Part shown: piece by piece, positions 39,376-51,469 of the stretch | Numbering within the stretch: the first letter of the stretch is position 1 | Layout: each line of letters begins with the position of its first letter | Origin: Mycobacteriales bacterium | Lineage (GTDB): Bacteria > Actinomycetota > Actinomycetes > Mycobacteriales > SCTD01 | Direction: 5' to 3' | NCBI GenBank assembly: GCA_035714445.1 | Contig: DASTLY010000092.1 | Span: 374-64,373, forward strand | DNA length: 64,000 nt | Position numbers and translations under genes: made by a program | The notes under the pieces: model-generated | What the model was told of the DNA's origin: nothing | The model's input: only the letters and a program-made list of their open reading frames with translations | The model's database searches: none

Positions 39376-40059
39376 GTGAAGCTCTCCATCTTGATGCCCG
39401 CCTACAACGAGGCGGCGACGCTCGAGGCAGCGCTCACGCGGGTGCTGGCCGTCGACTACCCGTGCCCGGTCGAGCTGGTGGTCGTCGACGACGGCTCGGT
39501 CGACCTGACCGGCAAGGTCCTGGCCGACGTGTCCGACCCGCGGGTCCTCACCGAGCGGCACGAGCTCAACCAGGGCAAGGGAGCGGCCATCCGGACGGCC
39601 GCCACCCTCGCCTCCGGCGACTGGATGATCATCTGTGACGCGGACCTCGAGTACTCCCCCGAGGAGATCCCGATGCTGCTGCAGCCGATCCTGCGCGGCG
39701 ACGCCGAGGTGGTCTACGGCACCCGCTCGTTCGGCAGCCACAACGCCTACAGCTTCTGGTACGTGATGGGCAACAAGGGCGTGACCCTGTGCGCCAACGT
39801 GCTGTTCAACGCCTACCTCTCCGACCTCGAGACGTGCTTCAAGCTGATGCCGACGGCGTTGTACCGCGAGCTCGACGTGCGCGAGGCGGGCTTCGGGATG
39901 GAGGCGGAGGTCACCGGCAAGCTGCTGCGCCGCGGCGTCCGGCCGTACGAGGTGCCGATCAGCTACCGGGCACGCTCCCGCGAGGAGGGCAAGAAGCTCA
40001 CGTGGCGCGACGGCGTCGAGGCGCTGTGGATCCTCGGCCGCCTGCGCCTGCGGCGCTGA
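39376..40059 (+). CDS. GT2 glycosyltransferase (DPM1-like, polyprenol-phosphate glycosyltransferase)
   Basis: MPAYNE, VVDDGSVD, NQGKGAA, DADLEY and EVPISY motifs. Confidence 0.92.
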   Translation: MKLSILMPAYNEAATLEAALTRVLAVDYPCPVELVVVDDGSVDLTGKVLADVSDPRVLTERHELNQGKGAAIRTAATLASGDWMIICDADLEYSPEEIPMLLQPILRGDAEVVYGTRSFGSHNAYSFWYVMGNKGVTLCANVLFNAYLSDLETCFKLMPTALYRELDVREAGFGMEAEVTGKLLRRGVRPYEVPISYRARSREEGKKLTWRDGVEALWILGRLRLRR

Positions 40060-40068
40060 GCCGCCCGG

Positions 40069-40659
40069 TCAGCCGGTCAGCGCGGCGGCCAGCAGGGGGG
40101 CGAGCTCGCGGAAGGCCTTGCCCCGGTGGCTGATCGCGTCCTTGTCCTGCGGTGCCAGCTCGGCGGTGGTCCGGGTGTGCCCGTCGGGCACGAGCACCGG
40201 GTCGTAGCCGAACCCGCCGCTGCCCCGCGGCTCGCGGGTCAGCCGCCCGCGCAGCTCCCCGCGTACGACACCCTCGCGGCCGTCCGGCAGCGCCCAGGCG
40301 GCGGCGCACACGAAGCCGGCGCCGCGCCGCTCGTCGGGCACGTCCGTGACCTGGGCGAGCAGCAGCGCGAGGTTGGCCGCGTCGTCGCCGTGCCGGCCGG
40401 CCCAGCGGGCGCTGAGCACCCCCGGCATGCCGGCCAGCGCGTCGACCGCGAGCCCGCTGTCGTCGGCGACCGCCGGCAGCCCGGTGTGCCGGACCGCCTC
40501 CCGGGCCTTGGCCAGCGCGTTCTCCTCGAAGGTCGCGCCGGTCTCGGGTCCCGGCTCGTACGCCCCGTCGATGCCCACCAGCTCCAGCCCGTACGGCGCC
40601 AGGATGCGCCGCAGCTCGACGACCTTGCCCTGGTTGGCCGTGGCGAGGACGACCCTCAT
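40069..40659 (-). CDS. rdgB: dITP/XTP pyrophosphatase (Ham1/RdgB)
   Basis: [30 protein letters not shown] and SHRG motifs. Confidence 0.96.
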   Translation of the reverse strand: MRVVLATANQGKVVELRRILAPYGLELVGIDGAYEPGPETGATFEENALAKAREAVRHTGLPAVADDSGLAVDALAGMPGVLSARWAGRHGDDAANLALLLAQVTDVPDERRGAGFVCAAAWALPDGREGVVRGELRGRLTREPRGSGGFGYDPVLVPDGHTRTTAELAPQDKDAISHRGKAFRELAPLLAAALTG

Positions 40660-41399
40660 AGCTGCGTGGGGACGCCGACGTGCCTGGCCCGCAGCGGCTC
40701 GGCCAGGGCCTCGGCCTGCAGCCGGGTGAGGGTGCCGATGCCGGCGAGGGCCAGGTCGAGCAGCGCGTCGAGCTCGTCGCGGCGCAGCGGCGCCCCTTCG
40801 GCGGTGCCCTGCACCTCGACGAGCTCGCCATCCGCCGTGGCGACGACGTTCATGTCGGTGTCGGCCTTGACGTCCTCGACGTACTCGAGGTCGAGCCGCG
40901 GCTCGCCGTCGACGATGCCGACGCTGACCGCGGCGAGCGGCCGGGTCACCGCACCCGGCCGCTGCAGGTGCCGGCAGGCGTCGGTCAGGGCCACGAGGGC
41001 TCCGGTGATCGCCGCCGTACGGGTGCCGCCGTCGGCCTGCAGCACGTCGCAGTCGATCGCGATCGTGTTCTCGCCGAGGACCTTGAGGTCGATCGCCGCC
41101 CGCAGGCTGCGCCCGATCAGCCGGCTGATCTCGTGGGTGCGCCCGCCGAGCTTGCCGCGCACCGACTCGCGGTCGCTGCGGGTGTGCGTCGCCCGCGGCA
41201 GCATCGCGTACTCCGCCGTGACCCAGCCGAGCCCGGAGCCCTTGCGCCAGCGGGGCACGCCCACCTGTGCGCTGGCCGCGACCAGGACCCGGGTCGCCCC
41301 GAACTCCACCAGGCAGGAGCCCTCGGCATGGTCGAGCCACCCGCGGGTCAGCGAGACGGGGCGGAGCTGGTCGGGGGCGCGGTCAGCGGGGCGGGGCAT
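40656..41399 (-). CDS. rph: Ribonuclease PH
   Basis: [43 protein letters not shown] and EVQGTAE motifs. Confidence 0.97.
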   Translation of the reverse strand: MPRPADRAPDQLRPVSLTRGWLDHAEGSCLVEFGATRVLVAASAQVGVPRWRKGSGLGWVTAEYAMLPRATHTRSDRESVRGKLGGRTHEISRLIGRSLRAAIDLKVLGENTIAIDCDVLQADGGTRTAAITGALVALTDACRHLQRPGAVTRPLAAVSVGIVDGEPRLDLEYVEDVKADTDMNVVATADGELVEVQGTAEGAPLRRDELDALLDLALAGIGTLTRLQAEALAEPLRARHVGVPTQL

Positions 41400-41424
41400 T
41401 GCGCGACCCTAGCCAGGACGTCCG

Positions 41425-42171
41425 TCAGAACTCGAACACGTCGCCGCAGCGGGCCAGCGCGAGCGGCCCGGCGTAGGCCTCCCGGGCCTCCGCGAGGATG
41501 ACCTGCGGGTCGACGAAGGGCACCAGGTGCGTCAGCACCAGCCGGCCCACGCCGGCACGGGCCGCGTGCTCGCCCGCGTCGCGGCCGGTCAGGTGGATGC
41601 CGGGCGGCGGCGGCGGCTCGCTCTCCCACGACGCCTCGCACAGCAGCAGGTCGCAGTCCCGCGCCAGCTCGACGAGGGCGTCGCTGCGGCCGGTGTCGCC
41701 GCTGTAGACCAGGCTCGAGCCGCCGGCCCTCAGCCGCAGCGCGTGCGCCTCGACGGGGTGCTCGACCCGGGCGGCGGTGACCTCGAACGGCCCGAGCACC
41801 GTCGTCCCGGCTCCGACGACGGTGTAGTCGTAGACGTCGTCCAGCCCGTCCAGGGGCGGGCTCTCGAACGACCCCCGGATGCGCTCGGCCAGGCCGGCCG
41901 GGCCGTGCACGGCCAGCAGCGGAGGCGGGCCGTCGCGGTGGTAGCGCCGGGCGTAGGAGTAGGCGACCAGGTCCAGGCAGTGGTCGGCGTGCAGGTGGCT
42001 GATCCAGACGGCGTCGACGTCGCGCAGGTCACAGTGCCGCTGCAGCTGCCCGAGCGCGCCGTTGCCGAGGTCGACCACCAGCCGGAAGCCGTCCTGCTCG
42101 ACCAGGTAGCCCGAGCACGGCGAGTCGGGCCCCGGATAGGTGCCCGAGCAGCCCAGGACCGTGAGCCTCAC
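41425..42171 (-). CDS. MBL-fold metallo-hydrolase (Rv1339-like phosphodiesterase)
   Basis: [21 protein letters not shown] and LTHL motifs. Conserved position between murI and rph. Confidence 0.92.
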   Translation of the reverse strand: MRLTVLGCSGTYPGPDSPCSGYLVEQDGFRLVVDLGNGALGQLQRHCDLRDVDAVWISHLHADHCLDLVAYSYARRYHRDGPPPLLAVHGPAGLAERIRGSFESPPLDGLDDVYDYTVVGAGTTVLGPFEVTAARVEHPVEAHALRLRAGGSSLVYSGDTGRSDALVELARDCDLLLCEASWESEPPPPPGIHLTGRDAGEHAARAGVGRLVLTHLVPFVDPQVILAEAREAYAGPLALARCGDVFEF

Positions 42172-42971
42172 GCGGGTACGGCGGCCGGCGGCACCGGCGC
42201 GAGCTGCGGGCCGAGGAAGCGCCGGGCCAGCCGGGCGAACGGCTCCGGGTCGCCGGTGGCGGCGAAGTGGTGCGCCGGCGGGGGCGCGTCGTCGCCGCGC
42301 AGCAGGTCCTCGCGGACGAGCACGCGGTAGACGTCCTTGGCGGTCTCCTCCGCGCTGCTGACCAGCGTGACCCCGTCGCCGACGACCAGCGAGATCATGC
42401 CGGTGAGCAGCGGGTAGTGCGTGCAGCCCAGCACCAGCACGTCCACGTCGGCGTCGAGGACCGGCTCGAGGTAGTGCGTGGCGAGCTGCAGCACTTGCCG
42501 GCCGGTGGTGACGCCGCGCTCCACGAAGTCGACGAACCGCGGGCAGGCCGCGCTGGTGAGGCTGACCTGGGGCGCCGCGGCGAACGCGTCGTCGTACGCC
42601 CCGCTGGCGACGGTCGCCTGGGTGCCGACCAGCCCGACCCGGCCGCTGCGCGTGGCGGCGACCGCCCGGCGTACGGCGGGCAGGATCACCTCGACGACCG
42701 GGACGTCGTAGCGCTCGCGGGCGTCGCGCAGGCAGGCGGCGCTGGCCGTGTTGCAGGCGATCACCAGCATCTTGACGCCCTCGTCGACCAGCCGGTCGCA
42801 CACCGACAGCGCGTGCCGCCGGACGTCCGCGAGGGGCAGCGGCCCGTACGGCCCGTGCGCCGTGTCGCCCACGTAGCGCAGCTGCTCGCCGGGCAGCTGG
42901 TCGAGCAGCGCTCTCGCGACGGTCAGGCCACCGACCCCGGAGTCGAAGACCCCGATGGGCGCGTCGGACAT
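42168..42971 (-). CDS. murI: Glutamate racemase
   Basis: [17 protein letters not shown] and LGCTHYP motifs. Confidence 0.97.
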   Translation of the reverse strand: MSDAPIGVFDSGVGGLTVARALLDQLPGEQLRYVGDTAHGPYGPLPLADVRRHALSVCDRLVDEGVKMLVIACNTASAACLRDARERYDVPVVEVILPAVRRAVAATRSGRVGLVGTQATVASGAYDDAFAAAPQVSLTSAACPRFVDFVERGVTTGRQVLQLATHYLEPVLDADVDVLVLGCTHYPLLTGMISLVVGDGVTLVSSAEETAKDVYRVLVREDLLRGDDAPPPAHHFAATGDPEPFARLARRFLGPQLAPVPPAAVPA

Positions 42972-43046
42972 CGGGCCATCCTACGGTCGCAGCCGCCCGG
43001 TCGGCGCTCGCGCGGTGTCCCCCCAGGGCCCGCTATCGTCCCTGCC

Positions 43047-44591
43047 GTGCCGTCTGAGCGGGTGGCGAGGCACGCCGCCCGGCTCGAGCCCGGCGTACGA
43101 CGTACGGCGCTGCTGTGCGCGGCGCTGGCCCTGCTCGTCCGGCTGGCCCTGCTCGCGTCGCCGTTCGGGCGCTACGACGGCGACGCGGCGGTCAGCGGGC
43201 TGATGGCGCAGGACCTGCTGCACGGGCGGCACGTCTGGCTGGTGTGGGCCGGGCAGGTCTACGCCGGCACGGTCGACGTCGCGCTGCAGGCGCTGAGCAT
43301 CCGCCTGCTCGGGGTCGGGCAGGTGGCCGTCGGGCTGCCGCTGGCCCTGCTCGGCGCGGCGACGGTCGCGCTGCTGGCGTGGACCGCCGGGCGCTGTCTG
43401 CACTCGGCCGGCGCGGCCCTCGGTGTGGGCCTGGTCACGTCGGTCTACCCGATGTGGATGCTGCTCTGGGGCACCGCGGTCGGGGGCGGCGGCTACGCGG
43501 TGTCGAACCTGCTGGGGCTGGCTGCGCTGTCGATCGCCCTCACCCGGCGTCCCCTGGGGCTTGTCGGGGCCGCCTGCGTGGGCGGGCTGTCCGGGCTGGC
43601 GGTCTACAACCAGCCGCTCGCGGCCTCGCAGGTCGCCGTCGCGGCGGTCGTCGCTCTGGCGTACGCCGGGCGCCGGGCCCTCGTGCTGGCACCCGTGCTG
43701 CTGGTCAGCGCCCTGCCCGGCCTGGCGGTCTGGGCGCTCGGCCTGCGCGACGGCACCGACCGCAGCAGCGGCCCGCTCGGCGACCGGCTGACGGTGCACG
43801 ACGTCCTCGACCCGGGCCTGCTCGAGGCGCGCGCCCGCGCCCTGCACGGCGTCATCGGCGACAAGGCGCTCGGCCTGGTCGCCGGCGACGGCCCGCCCCT
43901 GCTGCCGGTCCCGGCCGTACGCGTCGTCGTCGCGACCGTCGCGGTCGGGGTCGTCGTCGCCCTGGTCGCGTGCGCCGCGCGCCGCACCGGGCCCCTCGTG
44001 CCGGCGCTGCTCGCCGCGCTGGTGCTGTCCGGGGTGCTGTTCGTGCTGTTCCCGCTGTCGCTGGACACCGCCCTGCCCGAGGTCAACGCCGGGGTGCCGC
44101 GCCCGCTCGGCGTGCCCCGCTACGTCTACCCCGGGATGTGGGCGCTGAGCGCGCTCGCCGGCCTGCTCGTCTGGGCGCTGGTACGCCGCCCCGGGCTGGC
44201 GCGCCGGGCGGCCGGCGGGGTGCTGGCCCTCGCCCTGGCCGGCTCCTCGGTGCAGTCCGCCCGGGCCCTGCTCGAGCCCGGCGCGTACGCGCGGAGCCGC
44301 CCCAGCACGCAGCAGCTGCAGGCGTTCGCCCGCGACCTGCGGGCCGCCGGGGTGAGCTGCGTGGTCGCCGGCTACTGGGACGTCTACCCGCTCGTGCTCG
44401 CGTCCGACGACGCGCTGCGCGGCGAGTCGACCTTCGTCAACCGGATGGGCGTGACGTGCGGGGCCGGCCCCGGGGTGGCCCAGCTGTTCGTCCGGCGGGC
44501 CGGCGTGACCCCGCAGGAGGCGGCGTACGCCCGGGGCCGGCCCGGCGCGCGGACGCTTCCCGGGCCGGGACTGGTGGCGTACCTGTTATGA
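43047..44591 (+). CDS. Polytopic membrane protein, probable GT-C fold glycosyltransferase
   Basis: Many TM segments. The first extracytoplasmic loop reads YDGDAAVSGLMA...GQVYAG, with PRYVYP and AGYW later. TATCGT lies 7 nt before the GTG. Confidence 0.65.
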   Translation: MPSERVARHAARLEPGVRRTALLCAALALLVRLALLASPFGRYDGDAAVSGLMAQDLLHGRHVWLVWAGQVYAGTVDVALQALSIRLLGVGQVAVGLPLALLGAATVALLAWTAGRCLHSAGAALGVGLVTSVYPMWMLLWGTAVGGGGYAVSNLLGLAALSIALTRRPLGLVGAACVGGLSGLAVYNQPLAASQVAVAAVVALAYAGRRALVLAPVLLVSALPGLAVWALGLRDGTDRSSGPLGDRLTVHDVLDPGLLEARARALHGVIGDKALGLVAGDGPPLLPVPAVRVVVATVAVGVVVALVACAARRTGPLVPALLAALVLSGVLFVLFPLSLDTALPEVNAGVPRPLGVPRYVYPGMWALSALAGLLVWALVRRPGLARRAAGGVLALALAGSSVQSARALLEPGAYARSRPSTQQLQAFARDLRAAGVSCVVAGYWDVYPLVLASDDALRGESTFVNRMGVTCGAGPGVAQLFVRRAGVTPQEAAYARGRPGARTLPGPGLVAYLL

Positions 44592-44594
44592 GCC

Positions 44595-45847
<1,253 letters not shown>

Positions 45848-45882
45848 GTCAGGGCGTGCCTCTCGTCGGGGAGCTGTACAGG

Positions 45883-46317
45883 TCAGTCAACAGGCCCCGG
45901 CGAGCCCTGCATTCCGGGCCGCGCCGTGATCTCCAGCGGCTCCTCGGTGACCACGCCGTCGACGATCCGGAACGAGCGCACCTCGTCGGTCTCCGCGCGG
46001 GTCGACACCAGCAGGTAGTGGGCGTCCGGCTCGGACGCCAGGCTGATGTCGGTGCGCGACGGGTGCGCCTCGGTCGCGGTGTGCGAGTGGTAGATCACCA
46101 GGGGCACCTCGTCGGCGTCGTCCATCTCGCGCCAGACCCGCAGCTGCTCCTTGGCGTCGAAGCGGTAGAACGTCGGCGAGCGCTCCGCGTTGTCCATCTC
46201 GACGACCCGGGTCGCGACGCCGTCGCGGCCGGCGATCACCCCGCAGGCCTCGTCGGGGTGGTCGCGGCGCGCGTGCGCGACGACCCGGTCGACCATCTCG
46301 CGCGGCAGGGAGAGCAC
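45883..46317 (-). CDS. mec: CysO-cysteine peptidase, JAMM/MPN metalloprotease
   Basis: HPDEACG and IYHSHTATEAHPSRTD (JAMM motif). Confidence 0.95.
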   Translation of the reverse strand: MLSLPREMVDRVVAHARRDHPDEACGVIAGRDGVATRVVEMDNAERSPTFYRFDAKEQLRVWREMDDADEVPLVIYHSHTATEAHPSRTDISLASEPDAHYLLVSTRAETDEVRSFRIVDGVVTEEPLEITARPGMQGSPGPVD

Positions 46318-46326
46318 CGCCCCACG

Positions 46327-46866
46327 CTATCCGCGCGGGTCCAGGCACCCGAGCAGGGACTCCTGCAACCAGCCCAGCCAGCCGTACACCTGCAGCGACG
46401 GGGTGCGCGGGTCGTCCGGGTCGAGCTCACCGGCGTCGCCGTCGTCCTCGACGCCGAGCCGGGTGCCGAGCACGAGCCGCAGGTCGTTCAGGCACCCCAG
46501 CCACGCGAGCGCCTGCTCGCGGTCCAGCCGCACCAGCCCGGCCGTGGCCGGCAACGTCGCGAGCACCACGGTGCAGCCGGCCCGCTTGCCGGCCCGCAGG
46601 TCGCCCTCGGTGTAGCGCCGGAAGTCCGCGCTCGCCGCCGGGTCGTCGTCGCCGTACGCGTCAGGCAGCAGGCGTACCAGTGCCGGGTCCTCCGGTCGTA
46701 CGGCCTCGCCGCCGGGCATGCCGAGCAGCGCCTCCAGCGGGTCGTCGCTGGCCTCCGGCTCGCCGCCGAGCAGCACGAGCAGGTCGGTGGCGCAGCTGCG
46801 CAGCACGGTCGTCTCGACCTCGTCGGGCGAGGCCTCGATCCCGCGGCGGGTCTTCTTGAAGCGCAC
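46327..46866 (-). CDS. DUF2017 family protein (Rv1332/AosR-like)
   Basis: DPALVRLLPDAY, FRRYTE, LNDLRLVLG and YGWLGWLQESL motifs. It lies directly downstream of clpS. Confidence 0.92.
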   Translation of the reverse strand: MRFKKTRRGIEASPDEVETTVLRSCATDLLVLLGGEPEASDDPLEALLGMPGGEAVRPEDPALVRLLPDAYGDDDPAASADFRRYTEGDLRAGKRAGCTVVLATLPATAGLVRLDREQALAWLGCLNDLRLVLGTRLGVEDDGDAGELDPDDPRTPSLQVYGWLGWLQESLLGCLDPRG

Positions 46867-46871
46867 GGCTC

Positions 46872-47156
46872 TCAGTCCTGCTGCAGGGTGGCCCACAGGC
46901 CCTTGGCGTGCAGCCGCGCCACGTCGAGCTCCATCTGCTCCCGGGTCCCCACGCTGACCACCGCCCGGCCCTTGTGGTGCACGTCGAGCATCAACCGGGT
47001 CGCCTTCGCCTTGGAGTAGCCGAACAGCTCCATGAGCACGAACGTCACGTAGCTCATCAGGTTGACGGGGTCGTTCCACACGATCGCCACCCAGGGCCGG
47101 TCCTCGACGACGTCGTCGTCGACCGCCGGCAGGTCGACCTCGGCCGGCGCGGTCAC
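46872..47156 (-). CDS. clpS: ATP-dependent Clp protease adaptor ClpS
   Basis: [24 protein letters not shown] and GLWATL motifs. Confidence 0.96.
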   Translation of the reverse strand: MTAPAEVDLPAVDDDVVEDRPWVAIVWNDPVNLMSYVTFVLMELFGYSKAKATRLMLDVHHKGRAVVSVGTREQMELDVARLHAKGLWATLQQD

Positions 47157-48709
47157 GTGCTCCGCCCCTGTCCCTGCGCCGGCCCCCCCTGCCTGAGCTC
47201 CCGCTTGAGCACCTTGCCGGTGGCGTTGCGCGGCAGCTCGGCGGTGAACACGATCTCCCTGGGGACGGCCGCGCGGGCCAGCCGGTCGCGCACCAGGTCC
47301 TGCAGCTCGTGGGGCTCGACCGGCCGGCTCGTGACGACGTGCGCGACGAGCCGGGCGCCGTACGACGGGTCGGGCTCGCCCACGACCGAGGCGTCAAGGA
47401 CGACGTCGTGCCCGAGCAGGACGTCCTCGACCTGGCCGGTGAACACGTTCTCCCCGCCGACGACCACCATGTCGTCGTCGCGGCCCAGCACCGTGAGCCG
47501 GCCGGCGGCGTCCCACCGGCCCAGGTCGCCGGTCGCGACCAGCTCGCCGAGGCGGTCCTTGTCCGTGCCGTCGGTGTAGCCGCCGAAGGACATCCCGCTG
47601 CCGACGAACACCCGGCCGGCCGTGCCCGGCGGGCAGTCCGCGCCCTGCTCGTCGACGACCCGCACCGTCACGCCGTGCGGTGGCCGGCCGGCCGTACGCG
47701 GGTCGGCGGCCAGGTCCTCGGGCGTGGCCACGGCGGCGTACGCCACCTCGGTGGAGCCGTACAGGCTGTGCAGGACCGGCCCGAACGCCGCGGCGGTGCG
47801 CTCGACCAGGTCGCCCGGCAGGGCGCCGCCGCTCGAGGCGATGACGCGCAGCGAGGAGGTGTCGTAGCGCGACGGGTCGGCGGCGAGGATCCTGTCGAGC
47901 AGCACGGGCACGACGACCAGTGTCGTCGCCCGGTGCTCCTGCAGCGCCTGCAGCGCCCGCTCCGGGTCGAACCTGCGCTGCAGCACCGCGGTCGAGCCGA
48001 GCACCATCGTCAGGTTGAGCATGCCGAGGCCCCAGGCGTGGAAGACCGGCGCGACGATCAGCGTCACCTCGCGGGCCCGCAGCGGGATGCGGGACAGGAT
48101 CGCCACCGCGTCCTCCGGGCGGGCCCCGCTGCGGGCCGCGCCGCGCGGCGCCCCCGTCGTACCGCTCGTCATGATCACCTGCCGGGCGGTGCGCCGGACC
48201 CGCAGCGGCGCCCCCGGGCCGGGCTGCCCGGCGAGCCGGCCCAGCTCCTCGGTCGTCGGCCCGGCCGGCACCGCGCCCGCGAACTCCTCGTCGTGCACGC
48301 AGAGCCGCGCGCCCTCCCGGTCGAGGATCTCCCGCAGCTGTGCGGGTGCTGTGCTCGTGCCGAGGTAGAGCACGTCGGCCCCGCACTTGGCCAGCGCCAC
48401 CTCCGACTCCACGAAGCCACGGCCGTTGCGGGCCAGCAGCCCCACGGCGTCGCCCTCGCGCACGCCGAGCGCCCTCAGCTCACCGGCCATCCGGTCGGTA
48501 CGGCGGTCGAGCGTCCGGAAGGTGAGCGGGCCCTCGTCGTCGACCAGCGCCAGCCGGTCGGGGTGCCGGGCCGCACCCGCCGCGTAGCCGGTGGCAGGGG
48601 TGATGCGCCACCGGGCCAGCGCCAGCGCGATGCCGAGCAGTCGGTCCGGCCGGGGCGGGGACAGCAGCCCGGAGCGCGCGAGAACCCGGGCACCACCGAC
48701 GTCCAGCAT
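47153..48709 (-). CDS. Acyl-CoA synthetase (AMP-binding, FadD2/FadD12-like)
   Basis: [26 protein letters not shown] and LPRNATGK motifs. Confidence 0.92.
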   Translation of the reverse strand: MLDVGGARVLARSGLLSPPRPDRLLGIALALARWRITPATGYAAGAARHPDRLALVDDEGPLTFRTLDRRTDRMAGELRALGVREGDAVGLLARNGRGFVESEVALAKCGADVLYLGTSTAPAQLREILDREGARLCVHDEEFAGAVPAGPTTEELGRLAGQPGPGAPLRVRRTARQVIMTSGTTGAPRGAARSGARPEDAVAILSRIPLRAREVTLIVAPVFHAWGLGMLNLTMVLGSTAVLQRRFDPERALQALQEHRATTLVVVPVLLDRILAADPSRYDTSSLRVIASSGGALPGDLVERTAAAFGPVLHSLYGSTEVAYAAVATPEDLAADPRTAGRPPHGVTVRVVDEQGADCPPGTAGRVFVGSGMSFGGYTDGTDKDRLGELVATGDLGRWDAAGRLTVLGRDDDMVVVGGENVFTGQVEDVLLGHDVVLDASVVGEPDPSYGARLVAHVVTSRPVEPHELQDLVRDRLARAAVPREIVFTAELPRNATGKVLKRELRQGGPAQGQGRST

Positions 48710-48887
48710 GACTCCAAAGTGCCACGCGGCCGGTCCGGCGGTGGGAGCGGGCTGGTGACTGTGGACGGGCGGGGTGGGCCCGGGAGGGCGAGCTCGACCC
48801 CGCCCCTGCCGGATCGGGTTTCCGGCCGGTCGTCCGGGCACGCTCCGGGCCAGGCGCGTCCGGTGCCGGGAAGAAGGCGGAGCAGCC

Positions 48888-49253
48888 ATGACCGAGCAGC
48901 AGACCCCAGGATCATCGGCCGGCACAGTGCACGGCCGGTCCCCCAGCGGCGCGACGTCGCCGGGTACGACACCGGCCGACGCGGCGCCCACCGATGTTGA
49001 CGAGGGGCAGCCGGACACGCAGGTCCCCGGCCAGGAGCCGGGCAGCGCAGCCTCACCGGTGCCCTCCCCCGGCGACGTGCCGGGCGCGAGCCTGCCCGCC
49101 GTCGCCGCCGGCCAGGGCGCCAGCCCCGCGACCGGGATCGACCAGGGCGAGAAGTCCGAGGGCAGCGACGCCACCACCGCCTCGCCCGGCGCCTTTGTGG
49201 CCCTGGCGCCGCCCGGGCACCCCGACGGCGAGGTCGACACCCGGGCGCGCTGA
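48888..49253 (+). CDS. Hypothetical low-complexity acidic protein
   Basis: GGAG RBS plus ATG, with a Pro/Gly/Asp/Thr-rich ORF filling the intergenic space. Confidence 0.55.
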   Translation: MTEQQTPGSSAGTVHGRSPSGATSPGTTPADAAPTDVDEGQPDTQVPGQEPGSAASPVPSPGDVPGASLPAVAAGQGASPATGIDQGEKSEGSDATTASPGAFVALAPPGHPDGEVDTRAR

Positions 49254-49325
49254 GTCGCGCTGGTGCCCGGCGGGCCGGGACGTTAGCCTCCGGGCACCTC
49301 GCCCCGACGCCCCTAGGAGGGGCCC

Positions 49326-49997
49326 GTGTCGCGTACGCCCCCCGGTCTGCCTGTCCTCGCCCGAGGCAAGCACCGCAGCGCCCGCCGCGGCGCCTGCCTC
49401 ATGGAGTACGCCAGCCTGCTGGCCGGCGAGCGGTGGAGCGACGCCCCATCGTGCACCCACCCCGCCCTCGCCGCGCTCGCGCGGGCGGTCAACGACTGCA
49501 CCAGCGACGAGGCCCGCCAGCAGCTCGCCGGGCTGGCCCCGGTCCTCATCCACGCGCACGGCAGCGCGTCGGGGCACGGGAGCTCACGCCAGGGCTACGA
49601 CCAGCTCGGCCCGCGGCTGGCCCGCAAGGCGGTGCTGCACGCGCTGCGGGTGACCACGGACGTCCGCCGGCGCACCCTGCTCGTCGCCCTGCTCGGCGCC
49701 GAGGTCGCCTGCGTGCCGACCGCGCGGCCGGACCCGGACCACGAGGCCGTACGCGTCCTGCTCCGCGACCCCGATCCCGACCTGCGCGCGGCCATGCGCT
49801 TCGTGGCGGGCGTGCACCGGCCGGAGGCGTACAACCTGCGGGGGGTCGTCACCGCGCTGCACCTCGCCGTACGCGCCATCGTCGACAGCGCCGGGCCGCT
49901 GGCCGACGATGCCCTGCGCGAGCTCCTCGTCGAGGCGGTCGACGAGGCCCGCGCCGCGCCGGTGCCCGAGCCGGCCGGCGGCAGCTCCCCGAGCTGA
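49326..49997 (+). CDS. Conserved-looking hypothetical protein with His/Cys motif
   Basis: AGGAGG RBS. LARGKHRSARRGACLMEYASLLAGERWSDAPSCTHPALAALARAVND. Confidence 0.75.
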   Translation: MSRTPPGLPVLARGKHRSARRGACLMEYASLLAGERWSDAPSCTHPALAALARAVNDCTSDEARQQLAGLAPVLIHAHGSASGHGSSRQGYDQLGPRLARKAVLHALRVTTDVRRRTLLVALLGAEVACVPTARPDPDHEAVRVLLRDPDPDLRAAMRFVAGVHRPEAYNLRGVVTALHLAVRAIVDSAGPLADDALRELLVEAVDEARAAPVPEPAGGSSPS

Positions 49998-50003
49998 CCG
50001 CCC

Positions 50004-50050
50004 GGGCCTGCACACCGGGCCCTGCACCTCAGGGCCCTGCACACCAGGGC
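50004..50050 (+). repeat. Short imperfect tandem repeat (about 14-15 bp, GGGCCCTGCACACC x3)
   Basis: gggcctgcacacc gggccctgcacctca gggccctgcacacca gggc, between convergent genes. Confidence 0.75.
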
Positions 50051-50062
50051 ATGTCGGGCTGC

Positions 50063-51370
50063 TCAGGGCTCGAGCGGCGCCTGGAGCTGCTCGGCGACGT
50101 CGAGCACGCGGGCGTCGGTGCCCGGCGCGCCGACGACCTGCACGCCCACCGGCAGCCCGTCGTCGTCCATGCCGGCCGGCACCGAGCACGCCGGGAGCCC
50201 GCACAGGTTGGCCAGCACCGTCCACGGCAGCACCGTGTCGCGCACGGGCACCGGGCCGGTCGGCCCGACCGCGGTGTCGGCGTCGGAGGTCGCGGGCGGG
50301 CCGGCGGTCGCGACCGGCAGCAGCAGCACGTCCGCTGTCCGGAACAGCGCGGCCACCTGCTGCCGGAGCTCGGCGCGGCGCTGCGTCACGCCGGGCACCG
50401 GCCGCGCGTCGGCCCGCTCGAGGTAGCTGCGCACGTCCCGGCCGTACGCCTCGGCGTGCGCCGGCCAGCGACCGCTCCCCCGGTGCCACGCCAGGGCCTC
50501 GCCGGCCTGCACGCCGACGTACGTGGCCACGAGCTGGTCGGCCAGCGGCAGGTCGACCTCGTGCAGGAGCAGCCCGGCCGCCTCGGCTCGGCGGTAGGCG
50601 TCCTCGAGCGCCCGGGTCACGCCGGCCGTGGCCGGGGCGCGTACGACGCCGGCCCGCAGACCCCGCACCGGCGCGGGCGGGCGCAGCGCCAGCCCGGTGA
50701 GCACCTCGAGGACGAGTCGCACGTCGGGGACGGTGCGCACCAGCGCGCCGCCGTGGTCGAGCGAGGGTGCCAGCGGGACACAGCCCTCCAGCGGGACTGC
50801 CCCCCAGCTGGGCTTGTGCCCCACGAGCCCGCACCAGGCCGACGGCAGCCGGATCGAGCAGCCGGTGTCGGTGCCGAGCGCCAGCGGGACGATCCCGGCG
50901 GCGACGGCGGCCGCGGACCCGCCGCTCGAACCGCCCGGCACCCGGTCGGTGGCCCACGGGTTGCGGGTGCCGCCGAGCACCTCGTGCTGGGTCGTGATCC
51001 CCCAGGCGAACTCGTGGGTGCGGGTGCGCCCCAGCACCACCGCGCCGGCGGCCCTCAGCCGGGCAACCGCGACGGCGTCCTCGTGCGCCGGCGCGCCCGG
51101 TGGCACCCGTGAGCCGGCCCGGGTCGTCTGCCCCGCGACGTCGAACAGGTCCTTCACGCCCACCGGCACCCCGTGCAGCGGTCCGTCGGCGCAGCGCCGG
51201 GCCTGCTGCCGGGCAGCGTCGGCGTCGACCTCGACGAAAGCCCGCACGTCGTCGTCGACCTCCCGCAGCCGGTCGAGCGCGTCCTCGACCAGCTGGGCAG
51301 CCGTCACGCGACCGGCCCGTACCGAGGCGGCCAGCTCGGCGGCCGACGGCGCCGCGACGGCGTGCCTCAA
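50063..51370 (-). CDS. Amidase signature family protein
   Basis: GPLHGVPVGVKD, PGGSSGGSAAAVA, LGTDTGCSIRLP and GLPVGVQ motifs. Confidence 0.93.
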   Translation of the reverse strand: MRHAVAAPSAAELAASVRAGRVTAAQLVEDALDRLREVDDDVRAFVEVDADAARQQARRCADGPLHGVPVGVKDLFDVAGQTTRAGSRVPPGAPAHEDAVAVARLRAAGAVVLGRTRTHEFAWGITTQHEVLGGTRNPWATDRVPGGSSGGSAAAVAAGIVPLALGTDTGCSIRLPSAWCGLVGHKPSWGAVPLEGCVPLAPSLDHGGALVRTVPDVRLVLEVLTGLALRPPAPVRGLRAGVVRAPATAGVTRALEDAYRRAEAAGLLLHEVDLPLADQLVATYVGVQAGEALAWHRGSGRWPAHAEAYGRDVRSYLERADARPVPGVTQRRAELRQQVAALFRTADVLLLPVATAGPPATSDADTAVGPTGPVPVRDTVLPWTVLANLCGLPACSVPAGMDDDGLPVGVQVVGAPGTDARVLDVAEQLQAPLEP

Positions 51371-51469
51371 CGGCTGCCGGCCTCGCCGGCCCCCGGCGCC
51401 TGCCGGGGCGAGAGCGGGCTGTAGGGTCCCGCCGCCGCCCTCACCGAAGTCGCCCTGTCCGGCGCAGGG

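Noticed and set aside
9600..40060. attR duplicate of the tRNA-Leu 3' end or an intact integrase
   Set aside because: No second copy of GGTTCGAGTCCCCCACCGCGCA or complete recombinase was seen by eye. A short degenerate copy could have been missed.
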